A stretch of 51,761 bases of DNA from an uncultured Candidatus Saccharibacteria bacterium (GTDB lineage Bacteria; Patescibacteriota; Dojkabacteria; SC72). The stretch spans positions 1-51,761 of the forward strand of contig CAZUOO010000002.1 in assembly GCA_964621555.1 (NCBI GenBank), read 5' to 3'. Position numbers and translations under genes: made by a program. The number at the start of each line of letters is the position of its first letter. Positions within the stretch are counted from its first letter, which is position 1. This document shows positions 38,456-48,054 of the stretch, one piece after another. Below the pieces are notes generated by a model. That model was not told where the DNA came from, did not search any database, and saw only the letters and a list, made by a program, of their open reading frames with translations.

Positions 38456-39505
38456 ATGAAATTAATACCAGGAAAATATATCCTCACCACAGCAATATCC
38501 CTCTACCTTCTCTTTTCCCTAGCTCTTAAACCAGCAGATGCTCTTGGAGAAGCTAGCCTCTCATTAGGATTTGCCCCAACTGCAATGTACCTAACCCTTG
38601 AACCTGGAGAAACATATGAAGATGATATAACATTTTGGAATCTCTCCCCTTCCACGTTAAAATATCGAGTGCAAGTTAAAGGTTTCAAACAGATTGAAGA
38701 TGTCCCTGGAACTTCTCGTATACATACAGACTTCGAAGAAAGCAACGACCCATACTCAGCGTCTAAATGGGTTGAGGTTGAAGCTACAGACGTAGAACTT
38801 CATCCCAACGAATATTTCAAACTGCCTTTCAAAATCACTGTACCCAAAGATGTGGCTATTGGAGAATTCCACACCCTAATCTTCCTACAATCAATTCCAA
38901 ATCAAAACCCACTACAAGGATCAAGTACACTTGCAGACTTAGGATCTGGTCCTGCGATACTAATCAATACAGGGGATAATATAAGCGAGAGCGCTTCACT
39001 AGAATACTTCAAAACAGAGAAGAAATTCTATGAATACCCTCCTGTAACCTACCTAACAAGATATCTAAACAATGGCAATACACACATAACTCCAGCCGGA
39101 GATATTGTAATTGAAAACTTCCTAGGACAAGAGATAGATAGGATAACGTTCAATCCAAACAGACAAAGTTTGCTCAGAGCAAACTCAGCTGTATATACCA
39201 ACGATTGGGAAAATCCTCCAATATTCTTTAAAAATGGCAAAATAGCAATCGGACCTATAAAAGCCAAACTCATAACCACATATCGAGCAAACTTCCCCGG
39301 TTTCTCACCATTGAGTGCCACAACAACTTTTTGGATACTCCCATGGAAGATAATCTTGGGTGTAATTCTCGCAATCTCCTTCATCATCTACCTAATATCT
39401 AGAAACAAGGCTGAAAAAAAGAATGCAAAAAAAGCAATCCAAACTTCAGCTCCATACATTAATAATCCATCTACAAATTCCAATGAGTATAGAGAATACC
39501 CTTAA
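38456..39505 (+). CDS. Signal-peptide protein with two beta-sandwich-like halves and a C-terminal TM anchor (DUF916/DUF3324-like architecture)
   Basis: Signal ILTTAISLYLLFSLALKPADA. Motifs LTLEPGETYEDDITFWNLS and ITPAGDIVIENFLGQEIDRITFNPNRQ. TM helix ILPWKIILGVILAISFIIYLI followed by the basic tail SRNKAEKKNAKK. Confidence 0.75.
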   Translation: MKLIPGKYILTTAISLYLLFSLALKPADALGEASLSLGFAPTAMYLTLEPGETYEDDITFWNLSPSTLKYRVQVKGFKQIEDVPGTSRIHTDFEESNDPYSASKWVEVEATDVELHPNEYFKLPFKITVPKDVAIGEFHTLIFLQSIPNQNPLQGSSTLADLGSGPAILINTGDNISESASLEYFKTEKKFYEYPPVTYLTRYLNNGNTHITPAGDIVIENFLGQEIDRITFNPNRQSLLRANSAVYTNDWENPPIFFKNGKIAIGPIKAKLITTYRANFPGFSPLSATTTFWILPWKIILGVILAISFIIYLISRNKAEKKNAKKAIQTSAPYINNPSTNSNEYREYP

Positions 39506-40439
39506 AACATTTGCGATTGTATCAATAGCCACAATACTACTAACCTCTTTCCCACTAGAAAAGGATGCAGAAGCCAGCTCCATATCGACATCCCTCCAAG
39601 AATATACCCTTCAACCAGGTGACATTGAATTCGGTACTCTGGAATTTACAAGTAGTGAGAAAGAAGACCTTAAAATTAAATTAGATGTAAAATCATACGA
39701 CCCTGAAAAAGAAGTATTTTTAGACACCACCCCATTTATAGCTGTAAAACAGAGTAGCTACACTGTAAAACCTGGGCAGGAGATATCAATTGACTACGCC
39801 CTATCCATCCCCCTCCAACAACCCACCGGCACATATTTTAATGTAATTACAATTGAGCCTGAATTAGGAAACGACATTAACGGAAAAGGTGGAAGTATTA
39901 GCCTCAAAAACGGATTTGGATCACTATTTGCATTCCATATAGAAGATGGTGAAAACACCATAGATAAAATATTCATAGAAAAAAGCGACACTACATTAAT
40001 AATTGAAAAACGTGGATTCCCACTAATATCACCTATGACTGTGAAATATATATATAAAAACAACTCCAACTTCGTATTCAAGCCCCAAGGTGAAATACGC
40101 ATAGTGGATAAGGAGGGAAACCAGATACTAGAAAGAGTACAAATAAATCCTCAAAATAAAACCATATACCCAGGTGGAGAAATAGAAATACAGGAAAGCT
40201 TCAAAACATGGGACGACCTTGAAAAAGCACTCGATACTAAAATAATCACCGCAAGAATATACAATGGATTTACAGACAACTACCTAACCAATCAAGTAGA
40301 AGTATCCATAAAAGAACCTATTGGAGTTGTTGCAGTGCTAGCATCAATGATGATACTAGGAACAATCGCTGGAGTAGCTCGATTAATAAGCTATAAAATG
40401 GGATCTAGAAAGAAAGTTAAAGTAGAACCTGCGCAGTAG
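39483..40439 (+). CDS. Paralogue of the preceding anchored protein
   Basis: The start is taken at ATG 39483 (MSIENTLKTFAIVSIATILL), a 23-nt overlap with the upstream gene. Motifs YTLQPGDIEFGTLEF and FKPQGEIRIVDKEGNQILERVQINPQNK. TM helix VVAVLASMMILGTIAGVARLI followed by SYKMGSRKKVK. Confidence 0.7.
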   Translation: MSIENTLKTFAIVSIATILLTSFPLEKDAEASSISTSLQEYTLQPGDIEFGTLEFTSSEKEDLKIKLDVKSYDPEKEVFLDTTPFIAVKQSSYTVKPGQEISIDYALSIPLQQPTGTYFNVITIEPELGNDINGKGGSISLKNGFGSLFAFHIEDGENTIDKIFIEKSDTTLIIEKRGFPLISPMTVKYIYKNNSNFVFKPQGEIRIVDKEGNQILERVQINPQNKTIYPGGEIEIQESFKTWDDLEKALDTKIITARIYNGFTDNYLTNQVEVSIKEPIGVVAVLASMMILGTIAGVARLISYKMGSRKKVKVEPAQ

Positions 40440-41286
40440 TTCTGAAAGATACTTTAGCTACACTATCAAGTTCATCTCTCCCATACTTCTCTACAAACCT
40501 CCTACCACTATCAACTACATTAGACGCACCCTTAGGAAAAGGGAAATCAAACTTCAAGGACATATTCTCCATATACGTTAGAAAATATCTACGCGCTATA
40601 ATTGAGGCAACAGCGGTAGGAAGATCCGAGCTCTCCGCTTTATGCATCTGCTTAAACTCAATACCCTTCATTACATCCCCCAACCTCCCTTTATTTGCAG
40701 AAAACTGATCAATCATAACGAAATTATAATCAATCGAACTACTACTCAACTCACCCACCAACTCCCTAATATTCTCACCATGAAGGTTCGCAAGCACCTT
40801 TGCAATATTATTAACCCTAGCATACTCACTATTAAATTTGGAAGGCTCCAACACCTTTACAGAGTATCTAACTAAATCTTTAACCTGATTATATATTTTA
40901 AGGATTGAAACGTCAGAAATGGCCTTAGAATCGCCGGCACCTGCACTAACAATAGTCGCATAACTCTCACTTGGTACGAAGCAAGCGCAAACCACCAAAG
41001 GACCGAAATAGTCACCCTTCCCCACCTCGTCTGCCCCAACATGTGCAACATAACTACCTACACTTGGCTTCCCAGATGAAACTAATTCAAGGATAGAAGA
41101 GAGATCTCCCTTTCCTTGCAATACCAATTTCCCACTACTATAGTACATGGCAGTAATAGACATAGATGCAAGCTTCCATGATAGGTATGGATTGGGATCG
41201 CTCTTAACCACAAAACCCATCTGTAATAGGTTGTGGTATAACTCTTTTGCCACCCCGCTTTCAATTTTAAGACTCTCTGTATTCAT
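40417..41286 (-). CDS. rnhC: Ribonuclease HIII
   Basis: GADEVGKGDYFGPLVVCACFV catalytic motif, preceded by an N-terminal domain of about 80 aa typical of RNase HIII. Confidence 0.85.
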   Translation of the reverse strand: MNTESLKIESGVAKELYHNLLQMGFVVKSDPNPYLSWKLASMSITAMYYSSGKLVLQGKGDLSSILELVSSGKPSVGSYVAHVGADEVGKGDYFGPLVVCACFVPSESYATIVSAGAGDSKAISDVSILKIYNQVKDLVRYSVKVLEPSKFNSEYARVNNIAKVLANLHGENIRELVGELSSSSIDYNFVMIDQFSANKGRLGDVMKGIEFKQMHKAESSDLPTAVASIIARRYFLTYMENMSLKFDFPFPKGASNVVDSGRRFVEKYGRDELDSVAKVSFRTTAQVLL

Positions 41287-41290
41287 ATAA

Positions 41291-42745
41291 CTATAATTTC
41301 TCTATAACTTGACCCTCTGAAGTATCTTTAACTACATACCCTAAATCCATAATCTCGTTGCGAATAGTATCCGAGAGGCCAAAATCTTTATCCTTTCTAG
41401 CCTGTTCTCTTTTCTCAACCAACTCCTTTACACTATCAGGAATATCAACTAAATCACTCGCATAGATTGCCTCAGCTAGCTTAAGCCCAAATAGCCTATC
41501 GAAGTCTAATACCGTGGTAACTACATCTGCATCACTCTCACTAGACCTAACAAGATCAGCAAGTACCGCGAAAGCCTCAGACATATTCAAGTTATCATGA
41601 AGAGCACTCTTAAGCCGCTCTTTATATTCATCAAGCACCTTACCTTCCTTCCCTTCCGCTTTCTCTACCCTACCCTTTAACCTACTTATAACCGCAAGAC
41701 GAGAGTTCTTTGCTCCATCCAACGACTCAGTTGAAAACTTAAGCGGAATTCTATAATTCGCAGAGATTAACAACCACCTAATATCCATAGGATCATAACC
41801 AAGTTCTAGAAGTTCGGATATTGTATTTGCATTCCCAGCACTTTTAGCCAGCTTCTCCCCCACTTTAGATTGTAGGTGTTCATTATGAACCCACATATCT
41901 ACAACTTCCTTCTCCAATGCACCGAAATTTTGAGCCCTTTCGTTGGAATGATGTACAGGAATGTGTTCAATACCACCCGTATGAATAGATATAAAATCAC
42001 CAAGGTGCTCTACACCCATTGCAGAACACTCAATATGCCATCCAGGAAAGCCATCACCCCAAGGTGAATTCCAGTGCATTGTATGGTCGGCATACTGACC
42101 GTATCGCTTCATCCACAGCACAAAATCTGCAGGATTCCTTTTCTCAGAATCTACGTTTACATCGTCTCTCACTCCTACCAGTTTATCTTCAAGCTTCTGC
42201 CCAGAAAGTTCAGTATATTCTGCATATTTGGTTACATCAAAATATACCGCCTGTTTAGTTTCATATACATAACCCTTCTCTTCCATACTTTTTATCAACG
42301 CGATCATCGGGTCTATGCTGGCAGTCGCTCTAATCCAACCCCACTGTGCAAGCTCATTTACATCAAGATTATCAACCATCTCTTTACCTGAAGGAGAGAG
42401 AATATTTAAAAGGTAGAAGTCATGGATAAAAGATTTTGTGTAGTAGTTGGCAACCTCGTAGGGATCTTTCACACCCAATCGCTTTGCTCCCGTCTCCATT
42501 TTATCCTCTCCGTAGTCTTCATCACTAGTTAAATGACCTACATCGGTTATATTCATTATCCTTTTGACATCATATCCAAGGTATAGAAGAGCCCTGTGGA
42601 GAATATCCCAGTTTGAATATGCACGATAGTTACCTATATGTTGATGGTGGTATACGGTTGGTCCACAATTATATACGGTTATGACACCATCGGAGTTTGG
42701 CTTAATTTCTTCTAATTGTCTTGAGAGGGTATTGTATAATTTCAT
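41291..42745 (-). CDS. cysS: Cysteine--tRNA ligase
   Basis: [31 protein letters not shown] (HIGH region), KLAKSAGN (KMSKS region). Confidence 0.95.
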   Translation of the reverse strand: MKLYNTLSRQLEEIKPNSDGVITVYNCGPTVYHHQHIGNYRAYSNWDILHRALLYLGYDVKRIMNITDVGHLTSDEDYGEDKMETGAKRLGVKDPYEVANYYTKSFIHDFYLLNILSPSGKEMVDNLDVNELAQWGWIRATASIDPMIALIKSMEEKGYVYETKQAVYFDVTKYAEYTELSGQKLEDKLVGVRDDVNVDSEKRNPADFVLWMKRYGQYADHTMHWNSPWGDGFPGWHIECSAMGVEHLGDFISIHTGGIEHIPVHHSNERAQNFGALEKEVVDMWVHNEHLQSKVGEKLAKSAGNANTISELLELGYDPMDIRWLLISANYRIPLKFSTESLDGAKNSRLAVISRLKGRVEKAEGKEGKVLDEYKERLKSALHDNLNMSEAFAVLADLVRSSESDADVVTTVLDFDRLFGLKLAEAIYASDLVDIPDSVKELVEKREQARKDKDFGLSDTIRNEIMDLGYVVKDTSEGQVIEKL

Positions 42746-42870
42746 GAATATATTGCTAATATTAAAACATCACTATACTGCTAGATAATATCATAGCAGA
42801 AAAAAGGGAGAAAATAGTTAGCAACAACAGTATATATTATTATTTCTACGAGGATTCATGGCTAATAATA

Positions 42871-43494
42871 TCATAAAGCGTTTCTTCCTTCAAAAGACCG
42901 CTTCAATGTTAGTTGGTCGGCATACTCTAAATCAGCCCCTGTAGGTAATCCCATTGCCAACCTGCTCAACTTCACTTTTTCTGAAACTCCCATCTGCTCA
43001 ATCATGTCATTAATATAGTTTGATGTAGCTTCACCTTCTAAGTTAGGATTGGTGGCAATAATTAGTTCAAGCATACTATGTTCCTCTAGAAGTTTGGCAA
43101 CCCTCCCTTTTAATTCTTTAAACCTCAACTCATCTGCTCCAATACCGTCGGCAGGAGATATTAATCCACCTAGTACAAAGTATAGCCCTCTAAATATACC
43201 AGCATTTTCGAAGGCCACCACATCAAGAGGATCTTCAACAATACAAACCTTGCTAGAATCTCGTAAAGGGGATGAACATATATTACATATTTCAGAGTCA
43301 GAAACGTTAAAACATAGGGTACAATTTACAATCTTCTCATCCATCTCAGTTAATACATTGGCAAGTCTAGTGGCATCTTTTTTAGAAGACCTAAGAAAAT
43401 GATATGCCATTCTAGCGGCAGACTTTGGGCCCACCCCCGGTAGTTTACTGAACTCATCTATAACTTTTTCAACAGAGAGAGGAAGAACTGCCAT
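42871..43494 (-). CDS. recR: Recombination protein RecR
   Basis: HhH motif LPGVGPKSAARMAYH, C4 zinc finger CTLC...CNIC, Toprim domain. This is the only TGA stop in the window. Confidence 0.95.
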   Translation of the reverse strand: MAVLPLSVEKVIDEFSKLPGVGPKSAARMAYHFLRSSKKDATRLANVLTEMDEKIVNCTLCFNVSDSEICNICSSPLRDSSKVCIVEDPLDVVAFENAGIFRGLYFVLGGLISPADGIGADELRFKELKGRVAKLLEEHSMLELIIATNPNLEGEATSNYINDMIEQMGVSEKVKLSRLAMGLPTGADLEYADQLTLKRSFEGRNAL

Positions 43495-43495
43495 A

Positions 43496-43786
43496 TTAAC
43501 CTAACATACTTTTAATCTTCTCTAGATCAAAGTCTTTCATGGCTTCTTTCTGAAGAATCTTTTGATAGTCTTTGAATGCTTCATCGAACAGTTTCTTTAT
43601 CAAACCCATACTCTCTGGCTCGAGCAATGACTCATCAATATGTAGATCTTCAAACTCCTGTGCAAGATTCATAAATATAACCACACGACCGTCTTTGGAT
43701 GACCCAGATACTTTTTTCTCTCTAAGCTTCTTTTGCATCTGTTTAGCCTCACTCTGCATTTTGAGAAGTTTTACAGGATTTATCAT
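43496..43786 (-). CDS. ybaB: YbaB/EbfC nucleoid-associated protein
   Basis: 96 aa, MQSEAKQMQKKLREKKVSGSS. It sits in the conserved dnaX-ybaB-recR position. Confidence 0.85.
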   Translation of the reverse strand: MINPVKLLKMQSEAKQMQKKLREKKVSGSSKDGRVVIFMNLAQEFEDLHIDESLLEPESMGLIKKLFDEAFKDYQKILQKEAMKDFDLEKIKSMLG

Positions 43787-43845
43787 AAATATAATGAAAT
43801 AACTTATCTAGGTAATAATATCAGATGTTATTGTTTAATTAAACA

Positions 43846-45465
43846 TTACATACCTTCAAATATAGCCTCTACCTTCTTGCTCACCTTAACAGGTTCAGCA
43901 GTTTTAGCAGGAGAGGATACTGAAGAAGTTTCTTTGGGGATATTTGCCAGAATGACATCAGCAGATACCTGTTTCTTCTTCTTAACACTACCGTTTACAA
44001 TACACGAAATTTTATAACTCACACCCATTAGATCTTTAATAGCTCCGTTGATAATCTCCCTACTCTTCCCCTCTTCCACCCTATCTTTATAGAACTGGAA
44101 TGGTACTTGAATATTCATTATCCCACCATCAATGTTTAGTAGCTGAGAGTTTCTTAAAATTGCTGCCAGAGGAGAGTTGGTTGATTGTACAATCTGCAAT
44201 ACACTCTTCCATTTCTCTTGTATCTCTTCAAATGTCACATTACCTGGATCAGCAGTTCCTGAATCACTTGGACTATTGGAAGGTACCTCCTCTTCCACTG
44301 TATCGTCCTCCTGTATAACTTCAACCTTTACCTCTTCCTTTTTAACTACCTCCTCCTTTTTTACGACCTTTTCAACTTTAACAGGGTTGCTAACAGTCTG
44401 AGGTATGGAAATTGAATACTGAGATATTAGTAATTCAAAAGAAAGAATTGGAAAAGAAGAATACTTAATATTCTTATCCAAATTAATGAACTCGAAGATA
44501 ACTTTATTAATAGCATTTGTATCCAATCCCTCTAATATACTCCCTATCTTACTACCGGTAATCTTTGCCACCAATACCTTCCTTAACCTCTCTAAAATCT
44601 GTTTAACAAACTGAGAATGATTCACACCATCCTTCTCCACCTGATATATCAAATTAAGGGCATCAACTGATTTACCGCTCACCATATTGAAAACAAAGGT
44701 ATCAACTGAATCATCACTTGTCATTCCAAGTATACTTCGAACTTCATCCTCAGATATCTCCTTAGGATTATCACTCTGAGCCTGACCACTAACCACCACA
44801 TCCAATAGCGACATGGCGTCTCGATAGCTACCTTTAGCATTATGTATAAGGATGTTAAGGGCATTCTCTGAAAAAGTAACTCCCTCAGATTTTGCGGAAC
44901 GTAATATCACACTCTTAATCTGATCTTCACTACCTAATTTAAAATCATATCGCTGACACCTAGAGAGGATTGTAGGGGGGAGTTTATGCACGTCGGTGGT
45001 AGCGAGGATGAAGACAACATGCTTTGGAGGTTCTTCTAAGGTTTTTAGCAGAGCGTTAAAAGCCTCCTTGGTCAACATATGAACCTCGTCAATTATATAT
45101 ATTTTATACTTACCCTCAGATGGTGAAAATTCTAGCTTCTCCTTTAACTCTCTAATCTGATCTATACCTCTGTTTGATGCTGCATCAATCTCTATCAAAT
45201 CCAAGAAACTCCCTGTAGCTATGGCCTTACAATGAGTGCACCCATTACATGGATTTCCATCTTCTCCCATTTTTGAGCAGTTTAGGGCTTTAGCAAGAAT
45301 TCTAGCTGTGGAAGTTTTACCGGTACCACGAGAACCAACAAGCAGGTATGCATTCGCAACCTTCCCCTTCTTAATAGCGTTTTTCAATAGACGAGTCACA
45401 CTCTCTTGGCCGATGAGCTCATCAAAGGTCTGTGACCTGTATTTGTTATATAGAGATTTGGACAT
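43846..45465 (-). CDS. dnaX: DNA polymerase III subunit gamma/tau
   Basis: Walker A GSRGTGKTSTARILAK, zinc module CNGCTHC, IIDEVHMLT, SRCQRYDF. Confidence 0.95.
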   Translation of the reverse strand: MSKSLYNKYRSQTFDELIGQESVTRLLKNAIKKGKVANAYLLVGSRGTGKTSTARILAKALNCSKMGEDGNPCNGCTHCKAIATGSFLDLIEIDAASNRGIDQIRELKEKLEFSPSEGKYKIYIIDEVHMLTKEAFNALLKTLEEPPKHVVFILATTDVHKLPPTILSRCQRYDFKLGSEDQIKSVILRSAKSEGVTFSENALNILIHNAKGSYRDAMSLLDVVVSGQAQSDNPKEISEDEVRSILGMTSDDSVDTFVFNMVSGKSVDALNLIYQVEKDGVNHSQFVKQILERLRKVLVAKITGSKIGSILEGLDTNAINKVIFEFINLDKNIKYSSFPILSFELLISQYSISIPQTVSNPVKVEKVVKKEEVVKKEEVKVEVIQEDDTVEEEVPSNSPSDSGTADPGNVTFEEIQEKWKSVLQIVQSTNSPLAAILRNSQLLNIDGGIMNIQVPFQFYKDRVEEGKSREIINGAIKDLMGVSYKISCIVNGSVKKKKQVSADVILANIPKETSSVSSPAKTAEPVKVSKKVEAIFEGM

Positions 45466-45597
45466 ACGATATACAATATGGTTTTAAGACACTACCTACA
45501 ATATTATTCTCTAGGTTATTTCTATAAACTGTTATAGAAAGGTTTATGCAGTATATCCAATTATCTAGCCTAAATAGAGAGAGAAGGAAACTACGCT

Positions 45598-47985
45598 TTA
45601 CCTCAAACTTTCCACCGCTTCTTTGAGCATTTTAGAGTATAAGCCGTAACCCACGGTATTGATTACACCTGACTGCTCCTTTCCTAATATATTTCCAGCG
45701 CCTCGAATTTCTAGGTCTCTGTTAGAAAGCAGAAAACCTGCTCCCAAAGAATCAGATTCCTTAAGTGCGTCCAATCTAAGCTCCGACTTGCCCTTTAAAA
45801 CATGGTACATAAAATGAGCGTAGGCTTGCACATCAGCACGTCCAATTCTCCCTCTAATCTGATATAACTGGGATAATCCATATCTATGAGAATCGTCTAC
45901 AATTAAGGTATTAACGTTTGGAAGATCAAGACCGTTTTCAATTATAGTAGTGCTAAGCAAGACATCATACTTCTTATCAATAAAATCACCCATCAACTTA
46001 TTCAACGTTTTCCCACTCATCTGACCATATACAAGCGCTACCTTTATCCCTGAAACCAAAGACTCCAGCTTATACTTAATGTCTTCCAGATCCTTTATTT
46101 TATTATGTAGATAATATACCTGACCACCTCGTATTATCTCTTTTGTAATTGCATCAACTACCTTCTCCCAATCAAACTCACCAAAGGAGTTAACTATCGG
46201 CTTACGGTTATTAGGAACGGAAGCGAGTATACTCATCTCCCTCACCCCGTTTATCGCCAAACTTAGGGTTCTAGGTATTGGGGTGGCAGTTAGGGAAAGC
46301 ACGTTTGTATCCGACCTCTTCCTTTTCAAGACCTCTTTCTGCTTCACACCAAAACGTTGCTCCTCATCTACAATAATTAGCCCAAGATTCTTGAACTTCA
46401 CCCTATCCTGAAGTAGCGAGTGAGTCCCAATCACAATATCAACCGTTCCGTTTTCTAGCTGTGCTAATGTTTCCAATTTCTGTTTGGTATCGACAATACG
46501 TGAAAGCTCAGCGACACGAAACGGATACATCTCAAACCTCTTCACCACATTATTGAAGTGCTGATGAGAGAGAATGGTTGTAGGAGAGAGAATTGCCACC
46601 TGCTTTCCTGCATTAAGCACCGCAAACGCACTTCGCAACGCCAACTCAGTTTTCCCGAAACCTACATCACCCACAATCAACCTATCCATAGGCCTATCTT
46701 TTTTAAAATCTTCTAATATCTGATTACTAATTACATACTGATCTTCAGTATCTTCATGTGTAAAACTTTTTACAAAATCCCAATACTCAACCTCTTTAGA
46801 ATACTCGTCTACAATTGGAGATATTTTTGTGAGAGACCTCACTGCATATAATTGTACGAGCTCCTTTGCGATCTCCATAACATCAACCTCCACACCTTTC
46901 TTCATCCTCTTCCATATCCCACTATTCAATCCAGTTAATGTTGGAGTTCTCATACCCGCGCCAATATATTTGGAGATTTTCGAACACTGTTTAAGTGGAA
47001 TCAATAGTCTATCTTTGCCTGCATAGGAGATTTCAATATACTGCGACCCACCGTTTTCAACAATACCTTTAAAGATTCCAATTCCATGATCTTCGTGCAC
47101 AATGTAATCACCGATTATGAACTTCTTAAAGATATCATCCCCCGTCACCTCCCTACCCTCTTCATAATCAGTTAGGTCAACTTGACCTAAAAGATCGGCT
47201 TCAGTTATATAGAGAACCTTGTTTCCCTGAACGATGAACCCGCGAGACTTCACATCTGTAGTATATTCAACTACTTCAGTGAAAAGAGGTTGAATACTGC
47301 GACTAACATCTGAAAGTGATCCTGAATATATAATTGAATACCCCTGTTTACGATATATGGAGAGGGTTTTCCCCCATACAGTTTCCATATCACGATAGTC
47401 AAGATTAGGGATATTTCTCACACCTAAAGAGTATACATTTACACCATTCACATCCCCTACAGAACCTCGTGACAAACCTTTAATGTAGTACAGGATGAGG
47501 TCAGTACTTTCAAAAGGCTCAATGGAGTATATGATTCTACTGTCGTTATGAAAGCTAACCTCCTCAACCACCCTACTCTTCTGCCTAGTATCTATATCTA
47601 TATAGGCTAGCTCCTCTACAATATTATCAAAGAGAGAGATTCTGATTGGAGCCTCCTCACTACTCGCCCAAAGTATTACCACATCACCGATTACTGAATA
47701 CTCCCCCCTCTCCCATACCCTCTCCACCCTATTAAGGCTATGAGATTCTAATATGGAAGGGGTGAAGCTATCACCCACCTTAATACCTAGAGACTTACCC
47801 TGTGAATTAAGTATGTCCATATCAAACTCACTAACCACCTTAATTGTAGAGCTGATCCCATGATTGTTCTTAATTATATATGGAAGGAAGTGGAGAAAGG
47901 CCTCCTCACTATTTGAAATAATTCCAACCCCTTTTGAAAAAGAGGTACCCCAACCATTAAAATATTTTACTATTTCACTATACAT
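45598..47985 (-). CDS. mfd: Transcription-repair coupling factor Mfd, compact form
   Basis: CarD/TRCF RNAP-interaction motif GDYIVHEDHGIGIFKGI, helicase motif I GDVGFGKTE, motif II DEEQRFG, TRG-region RGRIGR. The ATG at 47985 is preferred over the TTG at 48003. Confidence 0.85.
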   Translation of the reverse strand: MYSEIVKYFNGWGTSFSKGVGIISNSEEAFLHFLPYIIKNNHGISSTIKVVSEFDMDILNSQGKSLGIKVGDSFTPSILESHSLNRVERVWERGEYSVIGDVVILWASSEEAPIRISLFDNIVEELAYIDIDTRQKSRVVEEVSFHNDSRIIYSIEPFESTDLILYYIKGLSRGSVGDVNGVNVYSLGVRNIPNLDYRDMETVWGKTLSIYRKQGYSIIYSGSLSDVSRSIQPLFTEVVEYTTDVKSRGFIVQGNKVLYITEADLLGQVDLTDYEEGREVTGDDIFKKFIIGDYIVHEDHGIGIFKGIVENGGSQYIEISYAGKDRLLIPLKQCSKISKYIGAGMRTPTLTGLNSGIWKRMKKGVEVDVMEIAKELVQLYAVRSLTKISPIVDEYSKEVEYWDFVKSFTHEDTEDQYVISNQILEDFKKDRPMDRLIVGDVGFGKTELALRSAFAVLNAGKQVAILSPTTILSHQHFNNVVKRFEMYPFRVAELSRIVDTKQKLETLAQLENGTVDIVIGTHSLLQDRVKFKNLGLIIVDEEQRFGVKQKEVLKRKRSDTNVLSLTATPIPRTLSLAINGVREMSILASVPNNRKPIVNSFGEFDWEKVVDAITKEIIRGGQVYYLHNKIKDLEDIKYKLESLVSGIKVALVYGQMSGKTLNKLMGDFIDKKYDVLLSTTIIENGLDLPNVNTLIVDDSHRYGLSQLYQIRGRIGRADVQAYAHFMYHVLKGKSELRLDALKESDSLGAGFLLSNRDLEIRGAGNILGKEQSGVINTVGYGLYSKMLKEAVESLR

Positions 47986-48054
47986 AACCCCCGATTTTAT
48001 CAATCTATCAATTATTTGTATAATGGTAGTGAAATAATATTAGGTAGATATCCC

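Noticed and set aside
42746-42870. T-box leader or terminator upstream of cysS (hairpin CTGCTA-N10-TAGCAG at 42778-42799)
   Set aside because: 125 bp is too short for a T-box. The hairpin is followed by A's on the plus strand and lacks a contiguous U-tract on the minus strand, so it is not a convincing intrinsic terminator.
45466-45597. SRP (4.5S/scRNA) gene upstream of dnaX, as in the Firmicute scr-dnaX-ybaB-recR arrangement
   Set aside because: The spacer lacks the conserved SRP domain-IV motifs (no GGUCCGGAAGGAAGCAGCC-like sequence) on either strand.
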